In this document: positions 38,077 to 51,525 of the stretch, piece by piece
Layout: each line of letters starts with the position of its first letter
Numbering within the stretch: position 1 is the first letter of the stretch
NCBI GenBank assembly: GCA_965287045.1
Contig: OZ336890.1
Location: forward strand, 32,240,001 to 32,304,000
Origin: Carcharhinus amblyrhynchos
Lineage: Eukaryota
DNA: 64,000 nucleotides
Direction: 5' to 3'
Position numbers and translations under genes: made by a program
Notes under the pieces: model-generated
What the model was told of the DNA's origin: nothing
The model's database searches: none
The model's input: the letters and a program-made list of their open reading frames with translations, nothing else

Positions 38077-39179
38077 TTGTCAACTTTAAGCACTAGCAGT
38101 CTATTCAACACTTCTTCCTTTTTAATTTTGAACACTTTTAGGTATAGAGTTTCCCTATCTGTCTCTATGGCCTAGGTGGCATTTACCTCCTTGGAAAAGA
38201 CAGATACAAAGTATTAATTTAATACCTTAGCCACGTCCCCAGCCTTCATGTGTAAATTCCTTTTTTGGTCCCTACTCCACTTTTTGCCATCCTTTTCTAA
38301 GAGTCGCCCTACTAGCTTAGCTTCCTGCTCCAATAATCAACATCTATTCAGACCCTAATCAAGCAGCTCCTGAAAAACTAGGCCACTTAACTTGAAACAT
38401 ATTTACTAGTTGAATTCCCACTTTGATCCAAATTCCCAAATCTACCCTCTAAATCTGTGTCTCACTCAGGCCAAAGTCTCTCACTGATTGTGTGTAACTT
38501 ACTCACCAGGGTTTGTAACAACTCTGGGGGTATCCCAGCCATTTGGTGACAATCAACGGGTCCCACCCAGATCAACAAATTTTGGGGAACTTCACCTGGG
38601 CTTGGTCATTACACATGTATAGAGATAAATCCCTAGCAGATCATGAGTCATCTGAAAATTACATAGAAAGTTCACAAGAGTTTTAACTGATGTTTGAAAT
38701 CCTTTTGCTGAACTAATCTGCAATGCCCATGAAACATCCCTATATTGGCATTACATACCAAGAAAAGGCGTTACATACCTTAACAATAGTTGATCAGAAG
38801 GCATTAACAAAAGACACAAAAGACAGCTTATTGAGCTTGGTTGTGCTAATGTGATTAGTAAGCGTAAGCTGATGTGTATTGGAAAAAGCCAACATCCAAG
38901 GCATTTCAAGGGGATAAGAGCATTTCTACCCATTATTATGCTAAGAGAGCATGGATAATCAGGCAAATTTGTTTGGACTGATTTGAGAAGCACTTTGTCC
39001 TGAAGGTTTGTGCTCTTTGTTAATAAATTCAGTTTGACGAAAAGTGTAAGATATTGTTGCTGAACAGTTGCTCAGAGCATCCTGACGCTGAACTTATCAT
39101 GTGCTTGGCATATATTTACCCCCATACATAACATCATTGATGATGTTCAAACATTGACAAAAGAGCTGAACTTCAGCAA

Positions 39180-40400
39180 TGAGGTGAGAGTGACTGCCCT
39201 TAACATCAAGGCAGCATTTGACTGACTGGTGTCGAGGAGTCTTAGTAAAACTGGAGTCAATGGGAACCAGGGAAAAACTCCACTGGTTGGAGTCATACCT
39301 AGCACAACAGAGTATGGTTTTGACTATTGGAAATCTACCACCTCAGTACCAGGATGACACTGCAGGATTTCCTCAACATAGCACCCTAGGCCCATCTTCA
39401 GCTGCTCCATCAATTACCTTCCTTTCATCATAAGATCTGAAGTGGGGATGTTCATTGATGACTGCACAACATTCAACACTATCTGCAACTACTCAGGTAC
39501 TGACCCAGTCATGTCCAAATGCAGCAAGACCTGAACAATGTCCACAGTTGGGTTAACAAGTAGCAAGCAACAATCACACACAAAAATGACAGACAATGAT
39601 CATGTCCAACAAGAGAAAATCTAACCATCACCCCTTGAGATTTACAGGCATTGCCATCACAGATTCCGCCCCCCCCCCACCAATATCCGAGGGGTTACCA
39701 TTGACCTGAACAACACTTTGGAGTTTAGTGTTTTTGTCCATGTTTGAACCAGGGCTTGAATGAGGTCAGGAGCTGAGGGCTCTAGTGGAATACAAACTGA
39801 GCATCTGTGAGCACGTTATTGCTGAACTAGTTCCACTTGATAGCACTGCTGATGACCCCTTCCATCACTTTACTGACGATTGACAGTAGCCTGACAGGGC
39901 AGTAATTGGCCAGGTTGGATTTGTTCAGCTTTTATGATCAGGACATACCTGGGCAATTTTCCACATTAGCAGGTAAATACCAGTGTTGTAGCTATACACA
40001 GCAGCTTGGTAGGAACGTGGCAAGTTCTGGAGCACAAGTCTTCAGTACTATTGCTGGAATATTGTCGAGGCCCGTAGACTTTGCCATATTTGGTGCCTTC
40101 AGCCATTTCTTGAGATCACATGTGATTAATCTAATTGGCTGAAAATGTGCATCTGTGATGCTATGGACTACAGAGAAGGCCAATATGGATAATCCAATTG
40201 GCACTTCTGGCTGAAGATTGTTGCCAATATTCCAGTCTTGTCTTTTGTTCTGATGTACTGGGCTCCTCCACTGAGGATGGGGAGGCTCCCCCTCCAATCA
40301 GTTGTTTAATGGCATTCATGGCAGGATGTGACAGGGTTGCAAAGCTTGGATCTGATCCTTTGGTTGTGGAAGCATTTAACTCTGTCTATTGCTTGCTCCA
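39180..40400. mobile_element. Two adjacent old LINE fragments in opposite orientation
   Basis: 39180-39710 (+) and 39720-40400 (-) both match the 5581-6895 family (KSTGLDNIPAIVLKTCAPELA). Confidence 0.7.
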
Positions 40401-41444
40401 TCCCCCAACATAGTTTGAGGCCCCAGGCTCTCGCCCCAGACATTGTTTGGCTACCCAACCTCCAGCTCTGATGTAATTTGGCTCCCAGGACTCCAGACAA
40501 TGATAACCTTTCACACTAGCCTTCAGCAGTGTTTGCTACTCCACCATTCAAAAACTTTATTGCTGATAGTCATTAATCAGCTGACTAGTAGTAAACAAGA
40601 GATTCAGCCTTGGATTGGACAAGCAGTTCCCGGCAGAATCTTGCACTGAAACTCAACTGGTTGACAGGAATTTTCATCACTGCCTCTGGGGGTTGTATGG
40701 AGTGGCTTCCTTGGCCCATCCAGCCTGCCGCCTGTATCATGGGAAAGCCTGAACTAATCATTGCTGATCTTCTACCAGAATATCATTTTCCTGTACTGAT
40801 CCAAAATCCCTGATGTCTTTAATATTTAGAAATCTATCAATCACTGTCATCAATATTCTCAATACCTGATTCCCACAGCTCTCTGAGGTACAGAATTTCA
40901 ATTTTTCAACTCCTTCACATCTCAGTCCTAAATGGTCTACCTCATTCTCAGACTGTCCACCACCAGCCAGGGTAAACATCCTTCCTGCATCTATCCTGTA
41001 AAACCCTATAAGAATTTAGCATGTTTTAATTAGATCACATCTCATTTTTCTGAACTCTAGAGAATATAGGCTGAATCTCTCCTCATAGAACAAGCCCTTC
41101 AATCATAGAGTTAAGTTTGGTAAGCCTTTGTCACTCTCCCTTTATGGCAAGTACATCCTTTCTTAGGTAAGGAGACCAAAATTACACACAATTAGACAAA
41201 AACCATGCATTATTTGTGAATCAAGAATCCCTGATTTTGCTTGTTTTTTTTTGCCTTGTTGGAATGTACTTCGCCTGCATCTAAAAACCCACCTCATCAC
41301 CCATTATCCTATTACAGTTTCTCCTATCAAACTTTCGTTCCAGGTTGGAGTTGTGCTCACTGGTTCTGGAAGAAAAGCATAATTTTGGCACAATTCTGCA
41401 AAAATCTGGGCTTTTGTGCACTTGAATATAAAGGGAAGAATTTA

Positions 41445-41833
41445 GGAGATCTCATTGAGACGTATAAGATGATGAATGGGATGGATAGGATAGAGGTGGA
41501 GAGACTCTTCCCGCTCAGAAAGGATAATAGGACTGGGGGCACAGCCTCAAGATAAAGGGGGGGCGGTTTAGAATGGAGTTGAGGAGGAACTTCTTCACTC
41601 AAAGGGTGGTGAATCTCTGGAATTCTCTGCCCGTTGAAGTGGTGGAGGCTACCTCGCTAAATATTTTTAAGAGCGGGTTGATGGGTTTTTGATAAGAGAG
41701 GGGATTAAGGGTTATGGGGAAAGGGCGGGAATGTGGAACTGAGCCACGACAGATCAGCCATGATCTTATTGAATGGCGGGGCAGGCTCGAAGGGCTAGAT
41801 GGCCTACTCCTGCTCCTATTTCTTATGTTCTTA
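41445..41833 (+). mobile_element. Young CR1 3' fragment (family B)
   Basis: GDLIETYKMMNGMDRIEVERLFPLRKD through to the ttcttatgttcttat tail. Confidence 0.92.
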
Positions 41834-42179
41834 TGGACCAATCCTCACGATTTGAAAGCCACATTTCTACGATTGTCATTACATTACATCCCCACATGGC
41901 TGTTTCTGTTCTTTGCATTCCTCAGTCTTTTTTAGTCTGCCCTAATACAATTTGGTACTACTTCCTTCTCTGTAACTATCCAATACCCTCACTCCTATAT
42001 GCACCCTAATCCTCTCATCTACTCTGCTTCCCACCCCCCGCCATTTAGTGTAAACCTTCTCCAACCACACTAGTGAACCTCACAATTAAGACACTGTTTC
42101 CAGTCTTGTTGAGCTGCAAGCCATGTTATTAATAGGTGCCTTTTGACCCAGGACTGATCCCAATATCCTCCAGCTAGGT

Positions 42180-42620
42180 TGGAAGGGAGAGGGAAAGGGA
42201 GAGAAGAATGGCAGGATGGTAGATCAGGGAAGCAATGAGATAATTTGGGGTAAGGAATGAGAGGCGAGGCAGAAGGTAGAAGTGGGTTGGGTAGGGTAGG
42301 GGTGGAGGAAATGGGGAAGAGGTGGGATTGTGAAAGGAGCGGTTATAGGGAGAAAGAGAAGGAACGGTGTGAGAGTGGAGCAGGTATGTGTAAGGAGGTG
42401 AGAAGAGAGCTTGACCAGGCAGCGGATGGTGGAATGGGAAGAATGAAGTAAGGAAGGCTGTCAGAAAGGATCAAAGACAGTGTGGGGGGAAGGGTGAAAC
42501 AAAGAGGCAAGGCAGAAGGAGGACTAAGAAGCTGGGAAAAGCGAGAGAGTGCTAGAAGGGATTTAGGAGGGGAAGGGGGTGGGTAATGGGAAACAGAAGA
42601 GATGTCATGGGAAGAAAGAG
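42180..42620 (+). repeat. Purine-rich (G/A) low-complexity tract
   Basis: About 440 bp strongly skewed to G and A on the + strand. Confidence 0.75.
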
Positions 42621-43544
42621 CATTATGTGGTTCAGGCTCTCCTGTAGGTCACCAAGTTCAAAGGGACAATGACCCCCAAGGTGACAGCTGTGGCCACTTC
42701 CCTTGGAGGAATGAAGAAAAGCTTAGCAGTGCTCAACCTCAGACAAATGTCACTATACCTGTAGTAGGGCTGAGGTGTCACCATCAAATCAGCAAAAGAT
42801 CAAACAAGTGCACCAAAATGTGAGGATCTGTTAGAGTTCCCAAAGGCAATAAAATCAAATGCCTTGGCATTCGGGTTTCACCGGATGATATTTTGTAACA
42901 GGTGAACTTGCGTCATGTTAAATGAAAGAAAAGATGTTGTGATGCAATTTATAAGCTGTCTTTTTATTTCAATGCAGGTCGAGTTAACATCTGGGTAACA
43001 TAAAATGACTGGATACTTTGCAAGGGTGCACAATTTATGAATGCCTGGCTGTAGTAGAGACCTAAGCTATTCCAGTACAGCTCATTGACAAATAGCTGGC
43101 AGTGTGAAAAAATTACCTAGGTATGCCCTGCCAACAAAAAAGACAAACTCAATGAGTCAATTAGCACCCCATCAACATTTTACCAACCATCAGCAAAATG
43201 ATGGAAGTTGTTTGTTATTGACAAGCTGTGCTATTTACTCAACAGTAACCTGCTCACCAATACTCAGTTTGGGTGCTATCAAGGCCACTCAGTTCCAGAT
43301 CTCATTACAGCCTTTGTTCAAACATGACTAAAAGAATTGAAGTCCAAAGGTTAAGCGAGAGTGACTGCCCTTGAAATCGAGGCAGTGTTTGGCACATTAT
43401 GGCATCAAGGAGCCTTTGCAAAATTGAAGTCAATGGGAATTAGGGGAAACCTTTCCATTGGTTGGAGCCTTATTCATCACAAAGGAAGATGGTTGTGGTG
43501 GGTGGAAGTCAAATCATTTCTGCTCTATGGATATCAGCAGTGCA

Positions 43545-43850
43545 TTGTTTTATTCTTTTAACCCCCATCCTTAATTGCCTTTGAATTGAGTGCTAGGCCA
43601 TTTCAGGGGGCATTTAACAGTCAACACACTGCTGTGCGTCTGGAGACAGATGTAGGCCAGAGGTGGCAGATTTCATTCCCTAAGGACATTAGCGAACCAG
43701 ATGAGTTTTTATGACAATTGATAATGGTTTCATTCCGGATTTTTGTTGAATTAAAATTTCACCACCTGCTGTGGTGGGATTTGAACCCGGGTCCCAGGGC
43801 ATTACCCTGGGTCTCTGGATTACTGTCCAGTGATAATACAGCTATGCCAT
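43545..43850 (-). mobile_element. tRNA-headed SINE (second family)
   Basis: Reverse-complement match to 60263-60610 (cactggacagtaatccagagacccagggtaatgccctggg...ttcaaatccc). Confidence 0.72.
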
Positions 43851-45127
43851 CACCCACGTGGGCCATATATAAGATTTACTGCAAATCTGCCAAAGTTTTT
43901 TTGAACTCAAACTTCCAAACCTGCAAACACTGCCACCTAGAAGGACATAGGCTGCAGATGATTGTGAAAAGCACAATCACAAAACCCGCAGAATCACAAA
44001 ACAAGCTGCTTTGGAATTATATCACCATTCTACTATTTGTCACTGGGTCAAAATCCTGGATCTCTCTCCCGATCAGCATTGGGGTGTACCTAGAATGGTT
44101 CAAGAATGCAGCTCAGCGCCACTTTCATAAGGGGAATGAGGGACTGACATCCACTTTGGGAATGTTTGATGAAACACTGGATCTAATCCATGCTGCACTT
44201 GATAGAAAGAATGGGACAATATGTGGTGTGTAATGTGAGGAAGTGACATGAGTACAATTGAAAAATGAGACATCACATGTGTAGGGTGAGAGTCGGAACT
44301 GATTTGAGATTTTGGACAAGAGATACAGGAAGGAATCAAGGAAGATTTTTTTTAATGCAGCAAGTGGCAATGACCTGGAACTCTGCTTCCACCAGCATCA
44401 TGGGCTATGAGACAATCAATGATATCAAAAGGAAATTGGATGTGCACTGAGAGAAAAAAACTTGCATGGCTACAGGCACAGAGTAGGGGAATGTGACTGA
44501 CGGGCTGCTGTAGACAGCAATATGGCCTTGATGGCTGAATGGCCTCTGTGATGTAATATCTCTATGACTCTAAGATTCTATGAAATGATCATGAAATTTA
44601 TTGCAAAAAATTATCAAAAGCTTTAGCACCAATACATTTACACTTAACCATTATCTTTAAAAAATATATACTCTTTTATCCTGAATGTGAAGATGTACAC
44701 AGATTTCTTTTTCCATTTTTTCTCCCCTCTTTCCTTGAAAACTCTGATTCTTGCTGGGTTCAGGTTATAATTGTCTCAGCAAATCACCTATAAAAACATT
44801 CTTTATAATTGGATACTGACAATTAAAAGACAATTAAAAGAGGTGTGAAGGCATCATAGCCAAGTCTCAACCTGTCCTCACCAAACATCTACAGAAGGGT
44901 CAATGGACTGCAATCAAGGACTGGAACCCTGGGCAATCTCTTCCTCAGCTCAAGGGCTCCAATGTGCCAAATACTGCCTTGGCTGAGATTAGTTCACCTA
45001 ACACAGGCTGAGGCAGGGACCCTTGTGGTTTATATGATTCAGTACCACACAAGCATCTTTGCCCAGCAGGCCATGGAGAAACAAGCCAGCTTTCAAAGAG
45101 TCTCAAAGTGATTTTGTTTTTGTTTAC

Positions 45128-45343
45128 TTTATTCCAATCCAATCAAGTCAAATTAAAGCCAATTCAGAGTCCCAACAGGTTGGGACATTCCCGATCCAAG
45201 CTGACAAGACAGGGCTCCCACTTCCTGTCTTGGGCTTGATCTACATGATCCAAGCCGATTGGAGTAGGTGTAGCTCCTCCTCCAAGGCTTGATCTCATTT
45301 GCATCTTAGCCAAAAGGCCGAGATGCCACATTAAAAAATTGCT
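45128..45343 (-). mobile_element. U2 snRNA-headed short interspersed repeat, copy 2 (5'-truncated)
   Basis: Reverse complement ggcatctcggccttttggctaagatgcaaatgagatcaagccttggaggagg... is colinear with 34935-35130. Confidence 0.8.
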
Positions 45344-45891
45344 TAAGTGATCCACAAATTGGAGCACTATGCCAGAGTGCAGAAGTGTGTGTAGACCCAC
45401 TGATCTCTCTGGAGGGAGGTCACTTTCACACCTTTCCCACGGCCTGGCAGTTTTGGTGAGGAAGAAACGCATCACCTCCATTTACCAAAGAACAAGTGAC
45501 ATAAAGAACAAAGAAAACAGCAAGTCTCATTTTCATTTAACAGCCAGTACATCTGCATTATCAAAGTAGGAGGTAAATGTCCTATACACATTTGTGAATG
45601 AGAACCAAACACACCAATAAAAATTAACCATAGTGCAACTGTATATCAGCTCCTATTAGTGTATTAATAGTACTACTGCTATGGTGGTAACTTAAGCTGT
45701 GCTAATTGGTTTATATATCCTCCTATTGTAAAGCTACGAACCACTCATTAAGACCATCGTTCTGCCACTAGCCTACTTAGTAACGCTCAATCATTATAAA
45801 GAGAAATACTGATGCTCTATGAAAAGGAATCAAAAAGCTATACGATTTCCGGATGTTCTGCCAAAGATCCTGAGGAGTTGGCGCAACTCTG

Positions 45892-46059
45892 TTATTCCAG
45901 AAAAAAATCAGCATCTGTAGAAGTCATCAGCAAATAGACCCGTTTTGACAGCTCTGGTCCAATCCTTCGTGTTGTTGAGATTGCTCCTTCGCCACGTCGG
46001 ACAGAGATATCAGCAAGCAAATTCTCCTTCTCTCGTTCAGAACTGCACATTTGATATGC
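45892..46059 (-). CDS. EME1: EME1 last coding exon
   Basis: [55 protein letters not shown]-stop; spliced CDS totals 1842 nt = 613 aa. Confidence 0.96.
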   Translation of the reverse strand, partial: AYQMCSSEREKENLLADISVRRGEGAISTTRRIGPELSKRVYLLMTSTDADFFLE

Positions 46060-47121
46060 CTAATCAGAAGAAAAAGACAACTGACCATCTAGCTAATATA
46101 TTTAATATATCAATAATTCATCCATGAACAACATATACAAGAATCAACTTCAGCAATATTGTTGCCTCAGATGAATTCTACAGGAAAATATATAAATATT
46201 ACTAAAGACAGGACCCTGACTTGTATATATAGTACATGGTCCCTTTAATCGTCTTTCTTAGTAACACCTTAAACCATTTCACAGAATAATTAACAGTAAT
46301 ATGGATTTCTGACACTGCACACTTGAATTGTGAAAAACCACCCAGCAGCACAAATATACATTCAATCCATCCAAACCTGGTTGGTATCTGGAGTGAACAC
46401 TTAAAAGTTGTATGATGTTGGGGTTCGTATTGGTGGGTATGGTTCTGTCAGTGCATAAACTGGGGCATAGCACTGGTGGGTACAAGTATGAAAGTGTTCA
46501 TGTCTGGAACCCATCATTGTTATTTACCAAGTTTTGTGCACTTACATTCATGCATTACAAACCTAATTTAGTCTGCATTGCTTTTCATCTTACTCTGACC
46601 CCATCTAGGGCCTATTTCTTACTCTAGTCTTATCTGTTGCTCCTTTGGTGCACCTTGTTTCTCTTTTCTCATGCTACCTCTTCATTCCCATCCTACTAGA
46701 TTAGGTTAAACTCTCTCCAACACTGATCCAGGCTCTGGGGTGCAACCTGTCTAACTGTATAGATCCCACCTCCCCCTGAAGCCGTCTCAATGTCCCATGA
46801 ATTTAAAGCCCTCTCTCCTGCATCATCTCTCCAGCCATGCATTCATCAGCTTTGTCAAAACGTTAACTGTCTCTCTCTCCACAGATGCTGCCAGGCATGC
46901 TGAGCTTTCTCAGCATTTTCTATTTTTATTTCAGATCTCAAGCATCTACAGCCTTTGCTTTTATATTATTGCCTCAGTAGATCTTGGGAAACACCTACCT
47001 TTCACATTCGTCAGAATCCATACTGTTTATTTTCACTTCCCATCTCCTACCTTTCAAACAATCACCATTAACTTTAACGTAAATACTTTTTCACCAAAAG
47101 AGTAATTGGGATAATTTGTAC

Positions 47122-47311
47122 CTGAGCAAGTAACCATGGTGATTGGTAGGCAGACACTATGGCATTCGCCATTTCAGAGCTAACTCTGTTTAATTGCTGG
47201 ATCTGTTTCTTCCAAATGCTCAGGAGACCTTTCCCTGAATGATCTACCTTTGTCCCTCTGGATCTGTCACTCTCCAAGTAGACCGAGAGTCCTTTGTTCT
47301 CCCGTACTCTC
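47122..47311 (-). CDS. EME1: EME1 coding exon 7 (start of HhH region)
   Basis: ...LESDRSRGTKVDHSGKGLLSIWKKQIQQLNRVSSEMANAIVSAYQSPWLLAQ; TAG acceptor, GTACAA donor; 190 nt. Confidence 0.96.
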
Positions 47312-48596
47312 CTAGCAATATAGAACAAATATTAACCAACACCCTTTTGCACCAACTTATTTAAAATTTATTCATGAATATACCACTGAAAAAAAGTCAT
47401 TTCTTCTCCCTATCAATTTGCAAAACAGACTGTTCTTTCAGCAAAATTATTTTTAGATTATGGCACGAAGAGAAAATGCTTGAAATACACAGTTGGTCAT
47501 TAGCATATAGTCTTTTATTGCTGGTCAAACGCTCGAACAGTTGCTGTTTCTCCAATATTGTCATCTCAAATCTACTTCAGTTTAAAAAGAAAGGTTTGTA
47601 TTTATATAGCACCTTTCAGAGCCTCATAATATCTCAGCCACTGAATTTCTTTTAAAATACAAATATTTTTCTAATGTAGGGCTTCACTAATCTGGAAGTT
47701 ATGTAAATGCTGTCATAATACACATGAACCAATAAGCAATATAGCCTTTATAAAAGCAATCACACTTTGCAATCTTGACTAACAACCAGTGGGATTCGTA
47801 CAATGTAGGATGATTCATTTACACGTCATGTGCAAAAATCAATCAAACCAGCTATTCCTTAAAATGGTCACTGAATTACATTAACATCAGAGAGATGGTG
47901 TGGTTTGGGCAGGGATTGGAAGTGGTTTTAGGTACCAGTTATGTCACTTGCAGATCTTACAATGCAATTCTTTATTCAATTGAACATATTTCAAAGGAGG
48001 AATGAAGACCATACTGACAATGGTCAATCTTCCGGTCAATCAGCAATGCTGGGTGCATTGCTTCTACCTTTTAGTTCTTTCAGATTGATGATGCTACCCA
48101 TTTCTTCTGGGATCTTCCAATCCTGGCTGAAGCAGAAATGAGAAGCACAGGCACTCGTGAGCAAGTCCAGCTAGAGCTAGGGAAAAAGACACACGCCTTT
48201 TATGACAGTAGCTGCTATATTCAGGTAAAAGTTTTATAAGTTCCAGTCCTTGGGCAGGTGTGAGATAGGAGTGGGTGGCATGTTTGAATGGTCAGAAGAA
48301 ATAATCAGATCAGGTTGGAGGTGGGCAGTTGGGGATAGACATTCAGCTAAGTCCCTCATATCTGGCCCAAACATCCAACCTAAGCTCAGGTTTGATGACA
48401 ATTGTGCAGGATCCTGGGCAGCAGGGAATAAAGCCATTGGAAGGTAATTTGCACATATGTCTTACATTAGGAATCTGCAGAGTCCTAACTAGTCCCAACA
48501 TACATTTGTTCCATCTCCAACAGTCCAGAGACCAATATCTTTAGTAGTCAGTTGCCTGTGAAGTTCCCCATGGTTAACTATGTGGGAGGAGTACCA

Positions 48597-48632
48597 CTGT
48601 GTGTATATATATATATATATATATACACACAC
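48597..48632. repeat. Compound (TG)n(TA)n(CA)n microsatellite
   Basis: tgtgtgtatatatatatatatatatatacacacaca; self-complementary. Confidence 0.9.
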
Positions 48633-49238
48633 AATAGTTACCCAGACTTTACTCGTGCTTTCAATCCTTCTAACCTTTCCTGGGTAACTACTGGTATCAC
48701 CCAGTCAGAATCATCAGAAGTTTGTAATTTAAACAATTGTTGACGGTTTCCTATGCAGGGTAATTGCTCAGGGGAAGTTTGCACTTCTGGCCAATTACCA
48801 TGCAAACCCCCAAAGGGCATTTCCAAACACATCTTTGAGGAGATTGGAAGGTATGGTCTAATGAATCATTTGTGGCATTCAATATATAAAAAGCTCATTA
48901 GATAGTCTGATTGTGGGATACTGTTCCAAGCATGAAGGGAATCCTTAGCTATCACATTCTTCATAAACACTGGCAAACTATTCTACCATAAGGACATCAT
49001 AGTCATGTCCATTCACCCCACAGCCTCATTCTGCTTTGGGAAGGAGCCCACAATCTGACCATTGTGTACTTTTTACTTCGCATTCCAACCACCCAGCAGG
49101 TGTTTGGAGAGGGGCTTAGTATCTAAGTGACGGATGGTTTTATGCTGTCTGCTCACACCTAATGGGAATTGGGTTAATGCTGACTAATTCATTTAAAAGA
49201 AAGTTGCTCTTGAAGTTCTGCTCAAGCTCAGCACCTAC

Positions 49239-49354
49239 TTGAATGGGGCCTCAGCCACAGCTTTGGTGAACATGCTGATATAATCTGCAAACTCCTTCCA
49301 TTCCTCCAATAATTGAAGCTGTGCTCCAATGGACAGTTGCATGTATACTAGAGC
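49239..49354 (-). CDS. EME1: EME1 coding exon 6
   Basis: ALVYMQLSIGAQLQLLEEWKEFADYISMFTKAVAEAPF(K); FTKAVAEAPFK is a hallmark EME1 motif; CAG acceptor, GTAGGT donor; 116 nt. Confidence 0.96.
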
Positions 49355-49596
49355 CTGAGGCAAGAAGAAAAAACAAATAACTAAGACTCTAAACAATAAT
49401 AATTTTAAATCAAACTAAATGATGTTCAATGGAATTGCTTTTAAACACATTATTTTTCCTCTCCTGAAGGGTTTTTACTTCCAGATAAAAATTCCAAAGG
49501 TTTCAGGTAATTTGTCTGGACTGGTAGGCTATTGATTGCTGCAAAACTAATGACAGAGACCAATACCCTGCTGACCCAACTGAAGTTCATTACTTC

Positions 49597-50770
49597 ATAA
49601 GATATAGGAGCAGAATTAGACCATCAGGCCCATTGAGACTGTTCCACCATTTGATCATGGCTGATATGCTCCTCATGCTCATTTTCCTGCCTTCTCCCAA
49701 TAACCTTTCAACCCATTACCAATTAAACATTTGTCTAACTCCTCCTTAAATTTACTCACTGTCCCAGCATCCACCGTACTTTGAGGTAATGAATTCCACA
49801 GATTCACAACCCTTTGGGAGAAATAGTTTCTCCTCAACTGTTTTAAATTTGCTACCCCTTATTCTAAGACTAGGACCTCTCGTCCTAGAATGCCCCACAA
49901 GAGCAAGCATCCGCTCCACGTCTACTTTATCTACATCTATCTTTTATCATTTGTACATCTCAATTTGATCTTCCCTCATTCTTCTAAATTCCAGAGAGTA
50001 CAAGCTTAAACTGTTCAATCTCTCTTCTTAGGACAAGCCCTTCATCTCTGGAATCAATCTAGTGAATCTCCTCTGACCTGTCTCCAACACCACAACATCT
50101 TTCCTCAAATAAGGGAACCAAAACTGTGCACAATATCCAGATGTGGTCTCACCAATGCCTTGTACAGTTGCAACAATACTTCCTTACCGTTATATTCTAT
50201 TCCTTTAACGACGAATGCCAACATTTCATTTGCTTTCTTTATTATCTGCTGTACCTGCATGCTAATTTTCTGTAACTCATGAACGAGGACACTCAGATCC
50301 CTCTGCACTGGAGCACCCCGAAGTCTCTTCTCATTTAGATAATAAGTTGCCTTCCCACTTTTCCGACCAAAATGCATGACCTCACACTTATCCACATCAA
50401 ACTCCATCAGCCACATTAGGCCCACTCTCCTAACCTGTCTATATCCATTGTAAGTTTCTTATTTCCTCATTACAACTTACCGTCCTGCCTATTTCTGTGT
50501 CATCTACAAATTTGGCTATAGAACTTTCTATCCATATATCCAAGCCATTAATATAGACTGTAAATAGCTGGGGCCCAAGGACCGACCCTTGTGACACCCC
50601 ACTAGTTAAATTTTGCTAGCTAGAAAAAATACATTTATCCCGACTCTCTGTCCATCAGTCAGCCACCTATCCAAGCTAATCAATTACCCCAATCCCATGC
50701 GATCTAACCTTGTGAATTAATCTTTGGTACGGCACTTAATCAAACACCTTTTGGAAGTCCATATATACTA
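49597..50770 (-). mobile_element. Decayed CR1 RT 3' part in an EME1 intron
   Basis: MEFDVDKCEVMHFGRK...LYKALVRPHL. Confidence 0.85.
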
Positions 50771-51407
50771 CTGAAATATATGTGTACTGTCCAAAGTGGT
50801 CACTGGAAAGAAATCCAATGGGTCTAACTTTTTTTTAAACTGCTATTCCTTGATCTCTAGTGAGCTAGCTAATCTCAGCAAGCAGGGATACTACAAATGG
50901 TATTAGCATTGTTAGGCTAGAGTCAATGAAATGAATAATCTGTCTTCTCACTACCCCTACTCAAATGTGCCTGTGAGGACAACAATAACCTACATTATAC
51001 AACAGATTTAACATAAAGCATCTCAAGGACAGAACCGGACTCAGCAAAGGTGTACCCCGTGGTCAGATATTTCCATGCCAAACTTCCCACCACTAGTAAG
51101 GTGCTGAAGGGAAATAAATATCAAACTAAAACTGGAAGATCACAGGAAAACATAAAACACCAGAGACATAAAGCAGCTTAGGTAGTATCTGTGTAGAGAT
51201 AAAGTTCAGGATGAAGAGCACATACCTAGTGCTAACTCCCTGATGCTCCCCACAGATGCTGCCTGGCCTATGATTGTTTGCTGAATTTACAGTTTCAGTC
51301 TTTTAACATTCTTTTGCTTCCTAACAATATAGTTTTGTGTAACCTCTACTGAGCTCTGACTGTGAAATCAAAGTTGCACCATGTCTCTGAAGCCAGTGAA
51401 AACTCAC

Positions 51408-51525
51408 TGATTCTACATCTGCTCGTGATATCAGAGGCACATGCTGATTATAGCCTTTTGCCTTTCTTTGTTTTGCTTGTTCTTCACTGCACTTTGTCTG
51501 CTGTGACCTGTGCTTCTTCTGTGGC
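51408..51525 (-). CDS. EME1: EME1 coding exon 5
   Basis: PQKKHRSQQTK...LISRADVES, similar to human VSRVDAEE; CAG acceptor, GTGAGT donor; 118 nt. Confidence 0.92.

Larger units (their letters stand above)
35590..38300 (-). mobile_element. Decayed CR1 ORF2 remnant interrupted by a Penelope insertion
   Basis: GEVPEDWRIANV.PL.KK, KGKSCLAKLLEF, RKNFFTQ; same subfamily as 20340-21945. Confidence 0.82.

Noticed and set aside
43718-44233. 171-aa ORF
   Set aside because: Spans an antisense SINE and LINE 3' fragments; chimeric chance frame.
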